DNA of 23,778 nucleotides from Candidatus Heimdallarchaeota archaeon (GCA_048881705.1 JBHLSH010000060.1:1-23778), one strand, 5' to 3'. Positions 8,940-17,753 are shown, counted from the stretch's first letter. A program made the numbers and translations. The notes: generated by a model from the sequence alone, not told the origin.

Positions 8940-10382
8940 CTAGCCTGCAAAAAGATTGACATTCTGAAATCGTGCCCATCCTCCGCCATGTGAAACCCAC
9001 ATAACCTGCATTGGAACCCCTTTTCCGCAGTTTGGAGTCCCATAGTACTTATCCTCTCTAGTTATCATATCACATTCTCCCCAAAATTCAGGAGTTTTAG
9101 CGTTATAACACACGTTCTTGAGAGGTTTTGTGAGTTCTCCATTTTCAATTAACCAGCCAATTTGGGTACTGAACTGAAAATTAATGCGTTTATCATCAAT
9201 GGAATGAGATTTCCAAGAGAGTCCGTAAATGCCATTCTCTGTCTCCTCAATCATTTCTTCTACATCCCTGGGACCGTTCGGATCTGGTTCAAGATATAGG
9301 TGGGACATTCGTACAAGGGGAATTCGATTGTAATTCGCGATGCGAGAATTGCCAAGGGAATGTTCAAGCCCGATCTCGTGCGCAGTTTCTCTATCCGTCA
9401 TATAATTCTTAAAGATCCCTTTTTCAATTACAGGAAATCGTTTGGTTTCCACCCCCTCGTCATCGTATTTATAATGTCCGAGTACATCAGGAGTCTGTGG
9501 ATCACAGATAATGTTGACGAGCTCGGAGCCGTATTTATAGTTTTGTCCAAGTTTGTCAAGCGTCAGAAAGCTCGTTCCAGCAAAATCTGCTTCAAATCCC
9601 ATAACACGATCCAATTCGGTTGGATGTCCCGTTGATTCGTGAATAGTAAGACCGAGCTGAAAAGGTTCCAATATAAATGTAGTTCTCTCTTTTGGGCAAT
9701 TCTCAGCTTCATTTGCCAGTATTAGGGCATCATTCGCTACTCTCATTGCCTCTTCGGACCATTCAAATTCCCTAGCAAATTCGAAACCTCGCATTTGAAA
9801 ATCCCCACTAGATCTTGATTGAACTTCCGTGCCTATGGCTGTTGCACGGACTTGACATCCGCTGTAGGTCTGTTGTTGTTCAATCAGAGACCCTTCGGTA
9901 TTACCGAAGAACAATCGTTTTCTAGACGCGGTTAAGCCACTTACTCGAACTTTTATTTGCTCACTTGCGTCTTTCATTGCTGAGTCCGCCGCTCCGAGTA
10001 ATTCGAGCTTCTCTTCCATGTCCACTTCAAACGGATCTAATGTAAATGGAGTGATATATTTATCAGTAATTATGGGTTCTTCGGTTAAAACGACAGATTT
10101 GCGAAGTTTCTGAGAACTTGCTTTGGCAACCTTGAATGCCTGTTTAACTATAATAGGAATACGATCCTCATTTAGATTGGAGGAAGATGCATACCCCCAA
10201 GCACCTTTGTGAATGACACGGACATTAAAACCTTTCTGGAGTAAAGTGTTTGCTTCTTCAATATTTCCGTTTTTCAGAACATTTGTTTCATCCATAGTGG
10301 AAAATACCCTAGCATCGCCGTATCCGCCGTTGCTAGATCTACTGAGTTCTCGCATGATCTTTTCTAGGAAGCTTCTGGACAT
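8940..10382 (-). CDS. tldD: TldD family metalloprotease, 480 aa
   Basis: Contains HESTGH (HExxxH), the downstream ELDR motif, YxYDDEG, and C-terminal CGKG with the third metal-ligand Cys. GGTGA precedes the ATG. Confidence 0.92.
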   Translation of the reverse strand: MSRSFLEKIMRELSRSSNGGYGDARVFSTMDETNVLKNGNIEEANTLLQKGFNVRVIHKGAWGYASSSNLNEDRIPIIVKQAFKVAKASSQKLRKSVVLTEEPIITDKYITPFTLDPFEVDMEEKLELLGAADSAMKDASEQIKVRVSGLTASRKRLFFGNTEGSLIEQQQTYSGCQVRATAIGTEVQSRSSGDFQMRGFEFAREFEWSEEAMRVANDALILANEAENCPKERTTFILEPFQLGLTIHESTGHPTELDRVMGFEADFAGTSFLTLDKLGQNYKYGSELVNIICDPQTPDVLGHYKYDDEGVETKRFPVIEKGIFKNYMTDRETAHEIGLEHSLGNSRIANYNRIPLVRMSHLYLEPDPNGPRDVEEMIEETENGIYGLSWKSHSIDDKRINFQFSTQIGWLIENGELTKPLKNVCYNAKTPEFWGECDMITREDKYYGTPNCGKGVPMQVMWVSHGGGWARFQNVNLFAG

Positions 10383-10438
10383 AATCTCACCATTACCGGC
10401 CCATGTTCAAAAAAATTGTAATGTTAATTGATTTCCTC

Positions 10439-10458
10439 AAGAAATAAGCTTGTTTCTT
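10439..10458. promoter_or_regulatory. Near-perfect 20-bp palindrome upstream of tldD (candidate operator)
   Basis: AAGAAATAAGCTTGTTTCTT has 9 of 10 pairs complementary. It lies 57-76 nt upstream of the tldD start. Confidence 0.4.
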
Positions 10459-10623
10459 CAAGTTTATCTTCTCTCTCGATAGCTAAGCCTAGAGTTCTTT
10501 AGATTATTGAAGTGGGATTTTGCTTGATCTAGATAATTGACAAATGCCAAAATCTCAAGTTAGCAAGGGTGTGGGTTAAACATTCTATTACCGAATCCTG
10601 AATTGGTTCAGTTCAAAAACGAT

Positions 10624-11487
10624 TCAGAAACCTAGAACCAAACCCAGACTCATCATAATATATACCGCAACCATCGCCAGAACACCTGCTTGCTCCATTC
10701 TGACAAAAAAATGTACAGAAACACCCCGAGCGGCCAGAATAATTACCCAAAGCTGGAGAATCACCACCAATGTTAAGGATATAACAGGTTGATCTGGTAC
10801 AATGATCCCTAATATGACAACTAATGGAAAAACAATTAATGGAAGTAGAGCTATGCCCATATTAATTAACAGCGCTCCCAGGTCTGTGGACAGCTTAATT
10901 TTCCTTTTCAGATAACTTTTCGCTAACAGTAAACCTAAAATTGTAAAAACAACCCAGGAAAAAGAAACAGAGGCAATTGAAAGGGCAAGGTCCTGTTCTG
11001 GCCAGTCAATAAAGAATACAAAGAACAATACTAGATGAGCTTGTGCGGTGATCCAAGAAAAGAGAAGAAGAAAAAGGATTTCCCACCCTAAAAACAGAAT
11101 GAAGGATTTTCTCGCAAAAAAGAAAATTTGGGGTGGAGCCAAAACCTGTAAAATGATGGACAAAAATGGCAGCTGGTGGGTCTCCTCTTCCTTTATGAAT
11201 TGTGATTTATCTTGTGAGGAGGTTAGTAGTTGAACTGCGAACTTACCTTCTGCAGAGAGAGTCCATGTTCCTCCTCCTGTAATTACCAAATTACCGAGAA
11301 GTTTCATATGATGATATATTGAGCCTACTCGAACGGCGGAATTATTTCGATCTTGATTCAGCTCGTTCTGAAGGTCGGTAAAGCCAATGCTTGGCCGATC
11401 TGATAGAATTAGAAGAATTTGCTGACGCAAGGGATGTGAAAGCGCCTTAAACACTCCTATCATATCACGGTCTGATTGCATCAGCAT
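10624..11487 (-). CDS. Membrane-tethered transcription regulator: ArsR-like winged HTH plus a multi-TM (Yip1-like) domain, ~287 aa
   Basis: The N-terminus VFKALSHPLRQQILLIL...GSIYHHMKLLGNLV...WTLSAEG is ArsR/wHTH-like, and the C-terminal half has ~5 hydrophobic helices. ATG 11487 is preferred over TTG 11511 because a TATA-like TTTTAAA lies 26-33 nt upstream. Confidence 0.8.
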   Translation of the reverse strand: MLMQSDRDMIGVFKALSHPLRQQILLILSDRPSIGFTDLQNELNQDRNNSAVRVGSIYHHMKLLGNLVITGGGTWTLSAEGKFAVQLLTSSQDKSQFIKEEETHQLPFLSIILQVLAPPQIFFFARKSFILFLGWEILFLLLFSWITAQAHLVLFFVFFIDWPEQDLALSIASVSFSWVVFTILGLLLAKSYLKRKIKLSTDLGALLINMGIALLPLIVFPLVVILGIIVPDQPVISLTLVVILQLWVIILAARGVSVHFFVRMEQAGVLAMVAVYIMMSLGLVLGF

Positions 11488-11512
11488 TCTACGTATACAT
11501 CCTATTCTCAAA

Positions 11513-11520
11513 CTTTAAAA
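11513..11520 (-). promoter_or_regulatory. TATA-box candidate for the wHTH-membrane gene (leaderless-type spacing)
   Basis: Minus-strand TTTTAAAG lies 26-33 nt upstream of ATG 11487. Confidence 0.45.
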
Positions 11521-11649
11521 GCCTAACAGAATAAGCCTGGTGTTTGGGGTCAGTTTGACATTAATCTGACTCTAAATTCAAGGGAGTGCAAAAAAAATTC
11601 AAGTAGATTCTATAATATGAAGTTGATTAAGTTCGGATCATATAAGGTT

Positions 11650-11674
11650 GAAAAAAAGGAAAAAAGAGGGGAGA
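11650..11674 (-). terminator. Oligo-T/pyrimidine-rich archaeal-type terminator after the large secreted protein
   Basis: The minus strand reads CTTCTCCCCTCTTTTTTCCTTTTTTTC ~20-40 nt after the stop at 11692. Confidence 0.6.
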
Positions 11675-11691
11675 AGTACCTTAGAATCGAT

Positions 11692-14600
11692 CTAGTTCCG
11701 TCGACGGCGTTCTCTAATTATCAAAGCGAGCACGGGCACGGCTAATAAGACAATCATGACCCTTATATTTTCACGTATAAAGGCTGTCAAGGTCGTAAAG
11801 CCAGGTGCGCCGCCTTGAGTGGTTGACGTGGGTGGACCTGCTGTGGTGGTGGTAGTGGTTCCTCCAGGTGTGGTGGCTGCATACGCCGAAAGTAATTGGC
11901 TTCCTGAAAATGACGTCCAACTTGATCCAGTTGGTTCGCCCTGTTGGATCCTCAAACGTGGGATGCCTTCAGTTCCCGGATTTAAAGCCGTAGAGGTCAT
12001 TGCCAGTTTAATTGAAACTGGATTTTGTCCTTCGACTTCCTCGCCAGCCTCCATACCTGAAGCACCATCCATTGGAAAGCGGCTATCATATTCTACTTGC
12101 ACTGGGGGGAGAATGAGCGCACTAGCATTGATTACTTCGAGTCGATAATAGAATATGATTGTCTCTCCAGGAGCTAAGTGCACTCCTGCTATTCCTACAA
12201 CACTAATTGGAAATTGGGGATGGGTCATTGCAAATCCTTGATCATAACCTATGATAGTATTTCCAGAGCTATCCGTCACTTTAGTGTTGGAAGGTTGAGT
12301 ACCAATGGTATATGGAAAACTAAGATCTATTGCGGCCATTCGTGATGGGAAATAGCTAAAGATTTTGAGAGTAGTAGCCTCATCACCATCATTAGTAACT
12401 TCGGTCCTAATTTCAATAAAATCGTCGTCCTCTATGCTGCCTCCATTGAGGTCAGTCCAATCTACCGTAACGTTGACCACAGGGGATGGAAAACTTGGTT
12501 CATCTTTTCCAGCTTTATCATCTCCAGGAATCACAAGTGCAAGAATAAGATTCGAAGCCAAGTTGCTGACATCGGTAGCATTGAATGCCATGTTGTATCC
12601 TTCGTTGGCATCTGTGGTATAATTGAGCATGGCTGCAACAGGATGAATCCCCAGAAAAGTATTAACTTCTCTGTAGAACGTGTGAGTAACCTTTTGCCCA
12701 GGATTAAGATCAGTCAATGCAATTACGTTTGAGAATGGCAGAATATCCCTCGGTTCCCAATTCGGACCGAGTTGGGCGTGAAGACCCAGGACTGAGAGAC
12801 CTGATGCAGGAGCATCTCCGATGTTCTCAACTGTCACGTTTATCTCTGCAATTTCTCCAATCTTGTACACAGAGGAATTTAATACCACGTTAGTCTTCAG
12901 AATAGCTTCATCGTCGTACACCTGGATGATTAATCCATTCGACCAGCCATAATATTCTCGATCTGCTCCATCAGCATAACGGAAAAACACACCCGGAATA
13001 AACTCTGTATTAAGTGGCGGGAATCTGAGATCCGAGCCATTAGTTAGGGCTAGATCAACGATAAGATCTTGAAGATTGGTAATGCCATTGAATCGATCAC
13101 TGGTGTTATCCATAAGGGTGATGTTTATCTGAAAATACGGGTCGGTACCATTCATTAACCATTGCCCTGGAGAATTGGTAAAATTCCCGTCGATCCATAT
13201 AAAGGTATCACTCCTGCTCGGGAGATCTTCTATGGCCCACCAAAACTCAGTGGACGCCCCATTAGGAAGCGCGTTAATGGTTCCGTTTAACGCGAAATTG
13301 CCATTCGGTAAAATCATGGTATTCATGTTGGTTGATCTACTGAAGGTGAAGTAGGAGCGTTCGACATATACCTGAAGAAGGGTGGGTATAATTTTGATGT
13401 CGAACATATTTGATGTCGTATTCCATTCGGTGATAGGTTGGACTACTGAGCCATTGGCGGTATATGTGAACCACCCTGTAATCTCATAGCTATTGTTCTG
13501 GGTACCATCGTCATTGAAGACCAATTTATCAACAAAAGTTCCCGTCGAGCCATCATAGTATCTTACTAGGTTTGGATCCCACGCAAACTGAGTATCATCA
13601 AAAACTGTGATTTTTTGAGGTAAGGGTTGATCACCGAGATCCCATACAAATGTTGTGTTGTGGGCTGTTTCAGATCCTGTATTTGTTAATGTGATGGTGT
13701 AATTTAAGGTAGGAGAAGGAGCATGCAAGGCTGCTACATCAACCGAAAGATCTGCGGAGATTTGGGGAAATGTTTTGAGCTGATCAATCTGCATGTCGTA
13801 GGTGACATATAGATCGTCATATTGTACTGCGAATGGACCAAATTTCATGCCCCATTCAAACCTTCCAGTCAGTTCAGGGTAAAGATTTGTCGTAGCTGGC
13901 GAATATTCGTAGACATTGGCAACATACGGCAAGGTAAAGTGGATAGTACTAATAAAAGCGTTAGGAGATGGTTCTATGATCCCCGTATAACCGAATGCAT
14001 TCGTAATCGACATATTGTGAACCCCGCTGGGACCCACCGAAATGCCGTTTTCTAGAATGAACGCTGAAACAGTTAACGGTACCCAGTGTCGAGTTTGATT
14101 TCGTATCAAACCTGTACCGACCACTGAAACCGGTGCATCTGCTATGTTGTCCGCTTTGATAAAGCTGGTAAAACCACCCTGATTAAACAAGTCGTAGAAC
14201 TCATTCCTAATGAAATCAGAATGATCCTGTCCCGACATGTAGCCCCAATAAAACAGGGTCGTTTCACCTCCGATTTCAGATCCATAGAGGAGGTCGATGG
14301 GTACGCCCGACCAAGCTGACAGCTGAGTAGCTATAGCATTTCCATCGCTCATGGCTGGCTCAAGTAATTGCGAGAAATGCATAACCAATGTTATCCCATC
14401 TCTAAATTCCCACAGAGACCTGGGCCAATAGTGCCGCCATAAGTTTTGATTTGATGATACGATGTACAGGAACTCTAGTTGATCGAACTCCGTTGTAAAT
14501 GGGTCCAATGGGAATAACTTCTGGCCACCAATCTGGTGATATTGAGCGATCATTGCTGATCCATTTGCAGCGAGCAATTCTAGACCTTCGATGAACGGAT

Positions 14601-14733
14601 TCTCACCCACTAAGGTATCAGTGAAAATTCGTTTTGGCACCTGCATGTCTGCCTGCGTAAGACTGGTAGGAGTCAGCATTAGGACTAAGAGTGCCGCGCT
14701 AACAGCATAAAGCTGAATTTTTTTCGTTTTCAT
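11692..14733 (-). CDS. Large secreted/cell-surface glycoprotein (~1013 aa) with DUF11/CARDB-like Ig domains, a Thr-rich linker and a PGF-CTERM-like C-terminal anchor
   Basis: Signal peptide MKTKKIQLYAVSAALLVLMLTPTSLTQA. Three Ig-type strands: YTITLTNTGSETA, INVTVENIGDAPA and IRTEVTNDGDEAT. The tail is TTPGGTTTTTTAGPPTSTTQGGAPGF...VMIVLLAVPVLALII-RERRRRN. ATG 14733 is preferred over GTG 14742. Confidence 0.85.
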   Translation of the reverse strand: MKTKKIQLYAVSAALLVLMLTPTSLTQADMQVPKRIFTDTLVGENPFIEGLELLAANGSAMIAQYHQIGGQKLFPLDPFTTEFDQLEFLYIVSSNQNLWRHYWPRSLWEFRDGITLVMHFSQLLEPAMSDGNAIATQLSAWSGVPIDLLYGSEIGGETTLFYWGYMSGQDHSDFIRNEFYDLFNQGGFTSFIKADNIADAPVSVVGTGLIRNQTRHWVPLTVSAFILENGISVGPSGVHNMSITNAFGYTGIIEPSPNAFISTIHFTLPYVANVYEYSPATTNLYPELTGRFEWGMKFGPFAVQYDDLYVTYDMQIDQLKTFPQISADLSVDVAALHAPSPTLNYTITLTNTGSETAHNTTFVWDLGDQPLPQKITVFDDTQFAWDPNLVRYYDGSTGTFVDKLVFNDDGTQNNSYEITGWFTYTANGSVVQPITEWNTTSNMFDIKIIPTLLQVYVERSYFTFSRSTNMNTMILPNGNFALNGTINALPNGASTEFWWAIEDLPSRSDTFIWIDGNFTNSPGQWLMNGTDPYFQINITLMDNTSDRFNGITNLQDLIVDLALTNGSDLRFPPLNTEFIPGVFFRYADGADREYYGWSNGLIIQVYDDEAILKTNVVLNSSVYKIGEIAEINVTVENIGDAPASGLSVLGLHAQLGPNWEPRDILPFSNVIALTDLNPGQKVTHTFYREVNTFLGIHPVAAMLNYTTDANEGYNMAFNATDVSNLASNLILALVIPGDDKAGKDEPSFPSPVVNVTVDWTDLNGGSIEDDDFIEIRTEVTNDGDEATTLKIFSYFPSRMAAIDLSFPYTIGTQPSNTKVTDSSGNTIIGYDQGFAMTHPQFPISVVGIAGVHLAPGETIIFYYRLEVINASALILPPVQVEYDSRFPMDGASGMEAGEEVEGQNPVSIKLAMTSTALNPGTEGIPRLRIQQGEPTGSSWTSFSGSQLLSAYAATTPGGTTTTTTAGPPTSTTQGGAPGFTTLTAFIRENIRVMIVLLAVPVLALIIRERRRRN

Positions 14734-14852
14734 TACATTCACTCATTTTAAATTATCCTATAACTGTGAAAATACCTTCGTTTATGGTGAAAGTTAATTT
14801 CCTCAGTCATTCTGCAGGTCCACCAGATGCCCTCCGACTTTTTAAGGAAATC

Positions 14853-14884
14853 TTTAAACCAAGTTTGAAAGCGAGCTTTCAAAC
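14853..14884 (+). promoter_or_regulatory. TATA box (TTTAAA, 14853-14858) followed by a 22-bp inverted repeat (14863-14884), candidate repressor operator
   Basis: GTTTGAAAGC-GA-GCTTTCAAAC has perfect 10-bp arms. It starts 5 nt downstream of TTTAAA and covers the expected start site of the CPBP transcript. Confidence 0.6.
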
Positions 14885-14917
14885 ATTCTTGAGTCTCGAA
14901 CTAGAACTGCTCCCTAG

Positions 14918-16219
14918 ATGATTCCAGCATTGTCCCATAGAATAGACTACATAATTAGCACTATCTTCTTTTTTTTCCTCGTACTGTTATTTCTATCGCA
15001 AGCTTATACTCAGCCAATAGTACAATTATCATTTGGGCTTATTCTCGTTTCTATCCTGGTTGGATTTCTCATGTATATCTTTACACCACCCACAGTGGCG
15101 TGGGGAAGATCCAGGTTCCTAAATATAGAAAAATTAATCCCTCCATTGGGCGTCGGTGTTCTTTTCGCGATTTATCGTTTAATCTTTCCAGTAAGCTCAG
15201 ATCTGATTGAAACAATCATTCAGATCATTCTTGGCTTGGTGCTAATCACGACTCCTAGCCTCTTTTATCTTGGATTTCCGCATACAGCAGACCAAGGGCT
15301 CACAAAAATCGATGTACTATTGGGATTGTGGGCCTGGATGCCGATTGAGTTCGGATTTGTGGACGACATGATCGGTACAATTGAAACTGGTAACATTCCA
15401 TTTGAAACATTGTACCTGCTCTTTGCATTCGTGTACGCGTTGATTTTCGTCCGAAATTTAGATATGGGTGTAGCGTACGGCGGTATGTCTTTCGATGACT
15501 TCATTCTTGTAATGAAAGTAACTGGCGTCGTCACCTTGACTATCTTGCCTCTAGGGGTTTTAACCAATTTCCTAGCTCCACCTGAAATAATTTGGGATAA
15601 TTTTCTGGGTTTGGTCGCTGATTTTCCTGTTTCGCTTTTCGATTCTATTTTAGTCTTTATCATGATTTTTTTGGGAATTGCTTTAATTGAAGAGATATTC
15701 TTCAGGGGATTTATTCACAACCTACTCGCCAAAAGGTTAAAAAAAGACGATCCCATGCAGTGGTGGTACCTCGGGGTCATACTTATGGGAGTATTGATAA
15801 CTTTAACTCCATGGGTGGACGATCTACTTAGTATAATGGCATTAACGTTTCCACAGGTTTTCGCGCCAATTGCAGCTATTGTAGGTTCGTTGGCTCAACC
15901 GTTAGGGGCTGCAGAAGGGAAGGCATGGTCATTGGTTTCGGAATTTCCCCTGGAGCTTCTATACTTTGGAGTTGCTCTGGTTTTATCGATTATAGCGATC
16001 ATTGTAATTCAGAGAACCAAGGATCCAATTTTAGCGGCCTTGGTAATTAGCTCTATGCTCTTTGGTTGGGCGCATTTTGAAGATTTGAGGTACATATTTT
16101 TTGCCACAATAGCAGGATTTGGATACGGGTATACGTATCAGAAAACGGATAAAGTGGTCCTTGCCGCTCTCGTACATACGATAGTCGACGCGGTTTGGAG
16201 CTTAGTCCTGGTATTTTGA
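14918..16219 (+). CDS. CPBP (CAAX protease/Abi, type II) family intramembrane glutamic/metalloprotease, 433 aa
   Basis: Motif 1 EEIFFRG (15689), motif 2 FGWAH (16061) and motif 4 HTIVD (16175) are present in a polytopic hydrophobic protein. Confidence 0.9.
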   Translation: MIPALSHRIDYIISTIFFFFLVLLFLSQAYTQPIVQLSFGLILVSILVGFLMYIFTPPTVAWGRSRFLNIEKLIPPLGVGVLFAIYRLIFPVSSDLIETIIQIILGLVLITTPSLFYLGFPHTADQGLTKIDVLLGLWAWMPIEFGFVDDMIGTIETGNIPFETLYLLFAFVYALIFVRNLDMGVAYGGMSFDDFILVMKVTGVVTLTILPLGVLTNFLAPPEIIWDNFLGLVADFPVSLFDSILVFIMIFLGIALIEEIFFRGFIHNLLAKRLKKDDPMQWWYLGVILMGVLITLTPWVDDLLSIMALTFPQVFAPIAAIVGSLAQPLGAAEGKAWSLVSEFPLELLYFGVALVLSIIAIIVIQRTKDPILAALVISSMLFGWAHFEDLRYIFFATIAGFGYGYTYQKTDKVVLAALVHTIVDAVWSLVLVF

Positions 16220-16315
16220 AGGCCTCATTCAAATCTACCTTTCGCCATAAATAAGACCAGTGTCCCAAATTTCAAAAAACCTAAGATTCTTATTGAGGTT
16301 TCGCAATAAATGCGT

Positions 16316-17086
16316 TCATTTTCCATTTAAGTGAGCCCGTACTATTGGAACGATCTCTCTTAAGTTGGATACGATTTTACGCATCATAGGGATGTTCATT
16401 TCTGGCGATGGCTTCCTTCCATCTCGATGGATTGCGACGAAATGCATTCCTACTTTTGTAGAATTGATAGCCTCATCTATTGAATCCCCTACAAAAATAG
16501 AACTATTAGGAGTCGAATTCGTAATTTCCAACATCTTATGAAAATATAGAGGATTCTTTGCTTTCTTAGGGGCCTGAACTGTGTCATATCCGATGAACGT
16601 CTTGATATATTTGCCTAGGGAATGTCGGTCAGCTCCTCCCTTGACATGGTGGGAACTGGCTGAGGATGCAATATGCAAATAAATTCCTTTTTCCGCGTAA
16701 AGCGTTTCAAGTGTTGGGATGACATCAGAATACAGTATCGGCCCTCCCTGAGCAAGAGCCTGGTATTCAAGCGTAGACGTTTTTAAAACCGGTTTAATTT
16801 GTTCCCGCTTATCTGGTGAGATATAATTTAGGATATAACGTTCCCATCCTTCATCGATATTCTGATACTGCCTCATGAATCTTCTGCTGTCTTCATTGAC
16901 ATCAAAATCGTCACGTAAGGACTTTATTTTTTCGATCCAAAGGTTATACGCCCTATCGTGGATTGCAAGCGCTTCCTGACAAGAAATACCCACCGAACTT
17001 AGCACTCTAGACAAGTAACGTCTATAATTCTGACTCACAGCGTCTAGCTTCGCCAATACTCCATGAAAATCAAAGAAAATATCCAT
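16316..17086 (-). CDS. HAD-superfamily hydrolase (C1 cap type), 256 aa
   Basis: Motif I IFFDFHGVL, motif II IASSA, motif III Lys in APKK and motif IV FVGDSIDE. Confidence 0.85.
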   Translation of the reverse strand: MDIFFDFHGVLAKLDAVSQNYRRYLSRVLSSVGISCQEALAIHDRAYNLWIEKIKSLRDDFDVNEDSRRFMRQYQNIDEGWERYILNYISPDKREQIKPVLKTSTLEYQALAQGGPILYSDVIPTLETLYAEKGIYLHIASSASSHHVKGGADRHSLGKYIKTFIGYDTVQAPKKAKNPLYFHKMLEITNSTPNSSIFVGDSIDEAINSTKVGMHFVAIHRDGRKPSPEMNIPMMRKIVSNLREIVPIVRAHLNGK

Positions 17087-17225
17087 TTAATTCCCGTATA
17101 CTTTTTTCATTTTTGTCTTTTTTGCCTCATTGAAGTGCATTTTACCTCATCAATTTGAAATGCTTATTCTCTTTAATAATATCACATATGGTCAGGCGGA
17201 AATCACCAAGGAGCTCATAAGACTT

Positions 17226-17753
17226 ATGAATACCACACAGGATAGAAAAAAGAAAATAATTGAAAAATTCAAGTCTGTAAAGGATAGTTTTACCATTAAT
17301 TTTGTCTGTTCAGGAAATATAATTCGAAGTCCCTATGCTCAGATGTTATTTGAGCATAAGATTAACAAAATTCCTTCATTGAGCAAGATACGGGCTGAGT
17401 CTGCCGCAGTAACTTACAAGAATTCCGTTATATATCCTGAATCAGAAAAAGCGCTGCTAGAAAAAGGAGTTGACGAAAAGAAGATCTCCTCTTTCCGGCC
17501 ACGATTTTATTTGGATTACCCCGAGATCTTTTCTCAAGCTGATCTCATCCTAGTCATGACTCATAAACATATTCCCCGTATTCCCGAAAAATATCGAGAA
17601 AAAACGTTCCTCCTTCGTGATTTTGCGCTTGGCAAAGCTGAAAACATTCCTGATCCATTCTTCGACCCTCCGTTTGATCGGGCATACGACATGATCGATG
17701 AAGCTCTGGATGGTCTAGTGGAGTTTTTTCTGGATGAAAAGTTGAGGACGTGA
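17226..17753 (+). CDS. Low-molecular-weight protein-tyrosine-phosphatase/ArsC-fold protein, ~175 aa
   Basis: P-loop FVCSGNIIRSPYAQ, then ADLILVM and the C-terminal general-acid loop IPDPFF. The start is set at ATG 17226 (MNTTQ) because the upstream TTG extension does not look like protein. Confidence 0.85.
   Translation: MNTTQDRKKKIIEKFKSVKDSFTINFVCSGNIIRSPYAQMLFEHKINKIPSLSKIRAESAAVTYKNSVIYPESEKALLEKGVDEKKISSFRPRFYLDYPEIFSQADLILVMTHKHIPRIPEKYREKTFLLRDFALGKAENIPDPFFDPPFDRAYDMIDEALDGLVEFFLDEKLRT

Noticed and set aside
8927-9043. 39-codon N-terminal extension of the PmbA ORF
   Set aside because: It overlaps the conserved tldD C-terminus, and ATG 8926 has its own GGTGA motif.
14863-14884. Resemblance of GTTTGAAAG/CTTTCAAAC to archaeal CRISPR repeat ends
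   Set aside because: It is a single palindrome with no regularly spaced array and no cas genes.
17226-17753. Arsenate reductase ArsC call
   Set aside because: The resolving cysteines are absent and there is no ars operon context.
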